In this document: positions 57,162 through 64,000 of the stretch, piece by piece
Position numbering within the stretch: position 1 is the first letter of the stretch
Layout: every line of letters starts with the position of its first letter
NCBI RefSeq assembly: GCF_964355755.1
Contig: NC_092673.1
Coordinates: 3,224,001-3,288,000, forward strand
From: Antedon mediterranea
Taxonomy: Eukaryota > Animalia > Echinodermata
DNA length: 64,000 nt
Direction: 5' to 3'
Made by a program: the position numbers and the translations under genes
The notes under the pieces: generated by a model
Database searches by the model: none
Told to the model about the DNA's origin: nothing
The model's input: only the letters and a program-made list of their open reading frames with translations

Positions 57162-60086
57162 ATGTTGTTTCAGAAGTCGAACAGTATTTTCTGTCTTAGA
57201 AACATTAAAAACTTAATTGTATGGAACATGTCCGGGCAACGAAAAATATCATCTTTCTTTTCTTCTAATACTTGTGGAATTAAGAGGAAAGCAGAGGTTT
57301 GTATCCAGCATTGATTGCTGCTGTTGTCACACCAGATTTGCACTTCACACACACTCACAGAGAGGGCAGGGGTGCATATTTGAGTTTCCGTATTATTTTT
57401 AGTTCCACAAGCTTGAATGATAGATACAGATTCAGAGGGTTCAGATACGGAGCAGGCATGGCCAACTGTTTCTACAATTTATTCCATTGGCACGGCTGGA
57501 CTGTGTGTGATAATTCATTGTTTCTCATTGGATTGGCATTGTGTCAACCGCATATGATACGTATAATATTAAAATAATGCCTTTTCCCTGTCATGCCACA
57601 GAAATTAATAAATAGTATGTAGACCCTTTTATTTAGTTTTTCTTCTCTGACTCTGTGATTTTCCTTTTCCAATTTTATTAAATAGGATAATGAAAACCAA
57701 CCTCCTATGACAGACAAAGAAACATTGACAGAAGAACAAGAAGTAAACAAAGTAAAATTAGGAAAAATAGAAAATAGTGAGAAATGTCAAAATCTTATGT
57801 CTGAGGACTCTTTATCTAACAAGAAACAAAATACAACATCAAAGGAAACATTGTTTGATGGGTCATCATTAACAGAAGAACAAAAGGATGCTATAGAAAA
57901 GAAACGGACAGAAGCTTTGGAAAAACGGGCAAAACGATTATCTGGTTGCGACTCATCTTTGATGGGAGATAGCTGGTTAAAAGCCCTTTCACCACAATTT
58001 GTGAAACCTTACTATATTAATGTAAGTTGTATATTATTATTTACTAAAGATATCGGTTTTTAATTTTACTTATCTCCTTCATTTATGCTTAATATATTTT
58101 CTGCAAACCCCGAAAAACGATTGAAACCTTTTGTATTTATTAAGTTCATACTTTACTACTGTACAGAACCTGAAAATTGACCCAATTATTGTGAAAATAA
58201 TGTGATTTTGTATTATACAAAATATTGATTTATTAATTTCAGTTACAAGCATTTGTAGACAAAGAAAGACAATTTCAAAGAATATTTCCACCAGCTGATC
58301 AAGTCTATTCCTGGACAAAAATGTGCAACGTAAAAGATGTAAGGAAGTAAACAGTATGATACTATTATTACTATCAATAAGCTTAGATATTAAAGCAAGG
58401 TTATCAATTTGGCATCTCCAATCTATGTTTTTTGCAATTTATCAGGTTAAAGTTGTTATTCTCGGACAAGACCCATACCACAATGTTGGACAAGCTCATG
58501 GTAAGCTATGATCATTATTTTTTAAAGCCTTTTGTTCAGCTGACTAGATTTATATACACAAATAATAAACCCAAACATTTGTGAAGTCAATATTTAATCA
58601 GTCTTTTCATGGAGTTTTATTTGTTTAGTTTTGTTTCAACTATGGTAAACTTTATTTTAATATACTATAGGGCTATGCTTCAGTGTTCCTCATGGAATAG
58701 CTCCTCCACCAAGGTAAGTTCTTTAAAACAAATCATAAATTAATTAAATATTGCTCCTCCAGGTAAATAATCATAATTTGTGGTAATTTTAACCATACAA
58801 ACCACAGCAGTAATGAATGAATTTATTATTTCTTTCATTATTATTAGTCTTATTAATATGTATAAAGAACTGGAGAAAGACATAGAAGGATTTGAAAGAC
58901 CATCACATGGCAACTTGACTGGTTGGGCTAAACAAGGTAAGAAAATAATATATACAGACATAATTTATGATAGGTAATACAACAAAAAAGTTGTCAAGAT
59001 GGAATGGAGAGAGAGCTGTTGAGACACATAAATCCAAACTTCACCAACATTGCATGAATGGTCAAGACTTAGTGGCGAGTGAGTGGTCGAGCGGTTAAGA
59101 CAGTGGAACCGTAATTACGTAGCCATAACATCAGCAAGGGATCGAGGCTCACTCACTCCATGGTTGTGGTAGAACGAGTCTTCTCGGCCACTGCCACACA
59201 CAGCCACTGTGCAATTGGGACTGGACCATTTTTTAGAGGTGTTTACCACCTATTGGTCCAGATCCTTCACTAACAGAGTTAGTGAGAAGTTGAATAAATA
59301 AAGACACTATGCTAGTCTCTCAGATTGGTAACCATAGTCTTTTACAAAGATCTACTCGCGGAAAAAAGTGAATTTTACTTAATTGATTCGAACCAACTCT
59401 TTTTTCAGGTGTGCTCTTACTCAATGCCGTTCTCACTGTTCGTGCCCACACTCCAAATTCCCATAAGGATAAAGGATGGGAGAAGTTCACCGATGCAGTG
59501 ATTAGCTGGATCAACAACAATTTAAACGATGTGGTGTTTATGCTTTGGGGTGCCTATGCTCAGAAAAAAGGAAAAGTCATAAACAAGGTACATAAACATA
59601 TTATATTTGTTAGCATTGTCTGCAATTTAATAATGGAGAGGTTGTCAAGCCTGGTTTGTCTTCTTTTGAAAAATTGAACAGTAGGTTAAAAATGAGTTGT
59701 AATGGTAATAAAAATATAGAATCTATGTTATTCCTTATAACAATTTACACACAACACTGAGCGGACGGGCTATGGACAGATACATATTCTACGTGGGACA
59801 AGCTATGTAGTTTCCGCTTACCGTTACCGATTGTCTGTGTAAATTGGCCTTTATGGTATGAGAGATAACACCTAAACAAAAACTTATTGTTAGGCTGCAC
59901 TGTTTTCCAGTGATGAGCTCTAATGGTTTTCTTTTTTCTTTTCAGAAACGACACAAAGTATTGACCAGTGTGCATCCTTCGCCACTATCTGCTCATAGGG
60001 GGTTCTTTGGCTGTAAACACTTCTCTCAAGCAAATGAATATCTTGAGAAGAGCAATCGAACACCGATTGATTGGAAACAGTTGTAA
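57162..60086 (+). CDS. UNG: Uracil-DNA glycosylase (family 1)
   Basis: Exons 57162-57296 (second ATG 57228, PIP box QRKISSFF), 57686-58021, 58243-58338, 58446-58500 (GQDPYH), 58671-58713 (GLCFSV...PPPS), 58848-58936, 59409-59587 ([11 protein letters not shown]), 59946-60086 ([11 protein letters not shown]). Confidence 0.97.
59071..59187 (+). mobile_element. tRNA-derived SINE head
   Basis: gagtgagtggtcgagcggttaaga ... gggatcgaggctcactcactc. Confidence 0.5.
59701..59850 (+). mobile_element. MITE family B, right part
   Basis: Ends ttaccgttaccgattgtctgtgtaaattggcct-tta, complementary to the left end at 55724. Confidence 0.65.
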
Positions 60087-60220
60087 TGTAAACACTTCTC
60101 TCAAGCAAATGAATACCTTGAGAAGAGCAATCGAACACCTATTGATTGGAAACAGTTGTAATGTAAACACTTCTCTCCAACGCCAACTGGTACCTTGAGA
60201 TGAACAATCGAAAACACATT
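60012..60220 (+). repeat. 75-bp tandem duplication of the UNG C-terminal coding sequence (two near-identical copies plus a degenerate third)
   Basis: 60012-60086 matches 60087-60161 except at two positions; 60162-60220 is diverged. Confidence 0.95.
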
Positions 60221-60732
60221 TGTAAATATTGTACTATAGGTCTACTCAAAGACAATGTATTTAAACTTTCATGACAAAATATTAGTTTTTTGACAATTGT
60301 TTTTTAATACAGCACAGCAGAAAAGAACCATATTGCAGTTAACATAGGTAACCATAATATTTCAACTATAATGGACCTTTTTCTGGCGATACCAAATCAA
60401 CCTCAGTTTATCAAGTATTTGAAAAGTAATACTCTCCGTCTTTTATAAACATGCTTTTAAAAAAGATAATGATTGTGCTGGACTCGTTAAATAGTTTTTA
60501 TAAAGAGCTGCGGTCTAGCTGTTGTCACAACTGCGCGGGAAATATGTCTAGCAGTTTACAGGTACAGACTACTCTATTGTAGATAATAAGATGGAAACAA
60601 TGATATGCTGTTTATGGCTGTCCTTATATTCATCAACTTGTACATTAAACATACAGTTTTGGCTAAACCTTTTTTGTATGCTTGGTTTACTTGCCATTCT
60701 TGTAATATCTATATTCTATTATTTCTGGAAGA

Positions 60733-63700
60733 TCACAAATGCAGACCACCAACACCTGACGCTGTTGCAAATGTAGACAATAAGGATGCCGATTGGTTCA
60801 TTTCTAGTAAAAGCCTTGCTTCTTTCAACCAATCAGATGCTACTAATTTTGGCATACCAGATAATTGATTAACAAATCTGACAGCTTGTTCTAAATTACC
60901 TTCCTCAACATAGTGCGTCGCAAAATCTAATAATTTAAACGTATCAAGAGAATCTAAAGAAATTTCATCATCTGTCTCTGGGGCACACCGTGTCCCAACG
61001 AGTAAAAATGATTGAAAATAAGATAAAATATATTTATAGAAGCTTGCGCCAGTTTCATCAATCATAGACATGCGACTGCAAACCTTACGGACGTGTCTCC
61101 ATCTCTGTTTGAGAGAATCTTCTGTCATGACACCTCGAGCTAGAGCTTCTTCCGGGAGGGTGTGAATGATTGATGCCACAAACGGGTGGTTGTCACCAGC
61201 TTCTTTCACAGAAATAACTTCATTGGCTAATGGTTTTAACTTGTCTTCGTAACTCTTTCCATCTTGTCGTCCTAATAAAACAAAAGAACAAAATAAAACA
61301 TTTAATAAAGATTGAATCTAGATTTTTGTTTAAATTTTTTAATTATTTATTTGTTGACTACATTTGAAATATTCAGTTATATATATATATATATATACTT
61401 TTTGAATTCTTTTTGGGCTTATTTAAGTTTCTCCAACATAAGTGCATTCTACTCACATGTTATTACATATGCTGTATCTTATGAAAATAAAATTGAATTG
61501 AATAGAGTTAAAAGAGTCAACTCTATCTAACACCAAGGACACAACCAAGCAGATACCATAGCAAGCTCACACAAACGATCAGAACACAACCAGTGGATTT
61601 AAATAACACTATTCTCACCTAGTTCTATAGTTCGCTTGAGGTTTTCACAGGCTAGCCATAATTCCTGCGCCTTCTTGTTTTGCTTCTCTAGATTTGCACG
61701 TCCTGCAAAAATATATTGATATTAATAATTTAGTATTTTATGCAACTTTTATTTACTATTACTACATTATAAAGCTAAGGTACACAATTTTCAATCAAGG
61801 GATACAAAAACTAAAATTATAATAATACAATAATAAATATACAATAAAATACTAAGAATAATATACAGTGGCAACATACAAAGACGAATGTTTTTTTGCA
61901 GAATAAGAACAGCATAATATACAGTATGAATACCATGCGGTCTCACCTAAATCTATGCCTAGGATATCAAATGCATTGCATATGACTGAAAGATAGTGAA
62001 ATAGCACAAATAAGCCAAAACTAGAGACAAGATTAGGGAACAATGTTACAGGGGCAGACCTAAGGGGGAGGGGGGGGGGGGGTGTCCACCCTTTATTACA
62101 CCATTTTTAGGCCCCCCCCCACCCCCTCCTATTTCAAAATCCTGGATCTGTCATTGTGTTATATAATACAAACATTTGATTTGTGATTTAAAGAACTATA
62201 TATAGAAAGAGTAATGAGAGTAATGGACTACAATATTCAAACACATTGAACTGATATTTAATTACCTTCAATAGCCTTCTCTACACCTCTAAGCTTCGCC
62301 ATTGCAATTTGTAGCTCTGTTTGATATTTATCTTGTTCTTCAGATCTGATCTCTACATCTTGTAGCTTTATCTTCTGTTCATACTGTTTCTCTTGTACCT
62401 TTAACACCTCTGATATATGATCACTATGCGCTGCTGCTTGTCGTTTCAATTGCATTCGCATTTCTTGCTCATAATCAGAGTCTAGTTGTTGTAGCTGTAA
62501 CAGAAAGTATGATGTTGGCAAGGGAATACGTTTTACAAAAATGACAACTTGAAGGATTTCAAAGCTAAAATTAGATAACATAGACAAATTCAATTGAATT
62601 CAATTCAATTAAAACTTTATTATCCCCATGGGGAAACTCTGTTGGCCTTTTCAAAAGTACAGTACATACAAATATAAAATGGATACAGTACATAAAATAT
62701 AAAATACGATAAAAAAAGCCATACAAAATATACATATAAAATCCTAAAAAGTCGATTTAAAATACTACAAAAAATAAAACTAGCGCATAAAATACGATTA
62801 TACAATGAATGATATTATCATTCATTATATAATCGCATAGCGACAGGGACGAATGAATTGCCATATAATATGCATAGTTTTAGATGTGTGTGTATTTTAG
62901 TACTTTGTTTTATTTATTTTGAGAATTAAGCTGTCTACACTATCAAACTTTATGTGACAAATAAATGTGATGTGCTCATATATGGACATGATGATGTCAT
63001 ATTACTACCATATTTTGGCATATCACTACCATATTTGGGCACACCAGACTTTTTTTTGTCAAACTAGTTGATAGTGTAGACACAGCTTTACTGCATATGG
63101 GAATAAGCTGTGGTTAAAATGATAATACCCTCTACTGATGTATTACTGCCAAATTTCCATAGAAAACTGGTATTATCATAGATCAATCGCCCTCACCTTT
63201 TTATGTAGTTCAATCTCTAATTCAGCTCTTTGTCTCTCTAGTTCTGCCATGACTACATCTTTGGCTTTTTCTTCATCTTCTTCCTGTTTCTTAACCAGTG
63301 CTTCCTTCAACCTTGTTTGTTCCAACACTTGTTGCTCTACTAGTTGTTTCTGCAATTGCTCTATTCTACGGTGAGCATGGGCAATCAGAGAGTTCAATTC
63401 AGACTCCGATAACTTTTTGCCTATAATATAACAACAGAAATGGTGTATTTATTTTATGGATTACTTTTATTTTTATGTGAAGCGCATAGAGGTATTATGT
63501 GCTTAAAAGTCCAAATTTATTATTATTATATTTTTTTTTACAAATCTGGCTCGTGTGCACTTTAAAGAACCCAGTTCATCTTTCAGAAAGGTAGGGGGTT
63601 ACCCCGGTGTACTGGTCCATTCAGCCCATGTGCTTGTGGACAGACGAACAGGCGCCGTTTGGTGGCAGTACTCGACACCCTTAGGGGAGTAGAAAGTTGT

Positions 63701-63987
63701 GTGTGTCGTCCACACCTGTGGGCAATTCAGCCCATTAGGCTGCAAGTTATTCCCAAATTTACATTTACATCAATCAAAATGTAAGACAATGTATAGAATA
63801 GTGTTGTTTATTTGTATAACAAAGTTTTTAATTATGATGTTTGACTTTGACTAAGTTTCATACCTTTTTCACCAAGTTTCACATCTGGCATAATACTTTG
63901 TAATTCCTTTGTAAACTCTTCCTTTCCCTTCTCCACCAGGTCACTGTACTCCTTGTATATCTTTCCTTCTTTCTCTAAAGATGATGT
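60733..63987 (-). CDS. IMMT: MICOS complex subunit MIC60 / mitofilin, 3' portion (5' exons beyond the window)
   Basis: Exons 63864-63987, 63197-63420 (LNSLIAHAHRRIEQLQ), 62266-62494 (LKRQAAAHSDH), 61619-61702 (KAQELWLAC), 60733-61271 (GNLEQAVRFVNQLSG...ASDWLKEARLLLE). Confidence 0.96.
62591..62870 (-). mobile_element. LINE 3' remnant (Rex1/Babar-like)
   Basis: Minus strand NSFVPVAMRLYN; tail aataaagttttaa(ttgaa)n. Confidence 0.5.
62929..63087 (+). mobile_element. MITE family A
   Basis: Both TIRs with small changes. Confidence 0.85.
63553..63618 (+). mobile_element. SINE remnant, Deu/Nin-domain-like
   Basis: gtgcactttaaagaacccagttcatctttcagaaaggtagggggttaccccggtgtactggtcc resembles the conserved Deu/Nin core as recalled. 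Confidence 0.55.
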
Positions 63988-64000
63988 CTGTTTTTACAAA

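Noticed and set aside
58752-58768. Partial duplicate of the UNG exon 5 end and donor (gctcctccaggtaa)
   Set aside because: An in-frame stop intervenes (AGG TAA); not a plausible coding alternative.

Overview
AT-rich, intron-containing animal (invertebrate) genomic DNA, not prokaryotic; most of the supplied ORFs are repeat or intron artefacts. Manual GT-AG exon assembly gives: a 4.9 kb palindromic 195-bp satellite array (1-4862); a REEP1-4 family gene (minus, 32591 to 10942, with a probable alternative last exon at 8832-8900); a 5'-truncated LINE; two tandem secreted C-type-lectin-like + PAN/apple genes; tRNA-His(GTG); two tandem flavin polyamine/spermine oxidase-like genes; an atypical short cytochrome P450; UNG head-to-head with the P450; and the 3' part of IMMT/MIC60. 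Introns are dense in MITEs (about 18 copies or fragments of one PIF/Harbinger-like family), SINEs, LINE and Penelope-like fragments and minisatellites. Most notable: (1) a large excess of TAC[A/T]GTA and TAGGCCTA words, caught as insertions at TA sites inside repeats (candidate transposon excision footprints with different distributions); (2) the double-dyad satellite with 3-mer higher-order structure; (3) an almost identical exon shared by two otherwise diverged oxidase paralogs (gene conversion); (4) two in-frame starts in UNG exon 1 (mitochondrial-like leader before the PIP box) and a tandem copy of its C-terminal coding sequence; (5) MITEs seeding 21-bp minisatellites. All coordinates and counts were read by eye and may be off by a few bases.
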